Of a stretch of DNA of 64,000 nt, positions 63,475-64,000 are shown in pieces. The DNA comes from Phoronis australis (Eukaryota; Animalia; Phoronida). The notes under the pieces are model-generated. The model saw nothing but the letters and a program-made list of their open reading frames with translations. It searched no databases and had not been told where the DNA came from. How positions within the stretch are numbered: position 1 is the first letter of the stretch; every line of letters starts with the position of its first letter. The DNA lies in NCBI GenBank assembly GCA_002633005.1, contig NMRA01000291.1:485757-549756 (forward strand), written 5' to 3'. Both the position numbers and the translations under genes were made by a program.

Positions 63475-63612
63475 AAGAATAAGAATAAGAATAAAATTGA
63501 AGAAAACCCAGGAACAACAGTACTCTGGGCTTGCACGCGCAGAGTAGTAAGAATAAGAATAAAATTGAAGAAAACCCAGGAACAACAGTACTCTGCGCTT
63601 ACACGCGCAGAT
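63475..63612. repeat. About 68-bp tandem duplication with (AAGAAT)n and a small hairpin
   Basis: AAGAATAAGAATAAAATTGAAGAAAACCCAGGAACAACAGTACTCTG.GCTT.CACGCGCAGA occurs twice. Confidence 0.9.
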
Positions 63613-64000
63613 TAATAACCCACTATCTGATGTGTGAATGCAAAAGTGAATATAGGTTTGATTTTGACCAACAATTGCCGACACCATCTATTAACATCAA
63701 GGGACAGCCCACGTTCTGAAATGTTTGGTTTGGGGGCTAATTACTTGATGATGTTATTCATTAATAGAGGGTTAAAGACGTGTTTTTCTGGTTATAAGAA
63801 CTGGAGCCAGTTAGTCAGGGGTAGTGTTTACAAGTAATCAATTTCCCTAGTTTTTCTCCCTTGAGGTGCGTGCATTTGTTTTGAAGACTGTGTCTGTCAC
63901 AGTAAAATTGCGCAAAACAAATTTGAATTTTATTCCTCCCAGAATTCCCCCGAGTACTACCATGAGATACGGACATGCGCAAAGCGAACCATTCCACGGA

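Overview
AT-rich, intron-containing animal genomic DNA, probably a marine invertebrate (inferred from the repeat types); not prokaryotic, and no CRISPR, rRNA or intact tRNA was seen. Two genes could be assembled by hand. One is a 7-exon AGTRAP on the minus strand (ATG 55186, stop 37683, 187 aa). The other is a divergently transcribed AURKAIP1/mS38 on the plus strand (59929-61209, 2 coding exons, 245 aa). At least one exon of a further unidentified minus-strand gene lies near 8.2-8.4 kb. The rest is mostly non-autonomous transposons: a deleted Kolobok with THAP and KolX remnants, Harbinger-like elements, Helentron-type elements carrying arrays of CTCF-like motifs, several CA..TG MITE families with 5-bp TSDs, an Academ-like long-TIR element and Penelope-like debris. 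There are also minisatellites, an 893-N gap and a duplicated block (22.45-31.7 kb vs 31.7-35.0 kb) that looks like two highly divergent haplotypes joined at an N. All identities and family calls are by eye; no searches were run.
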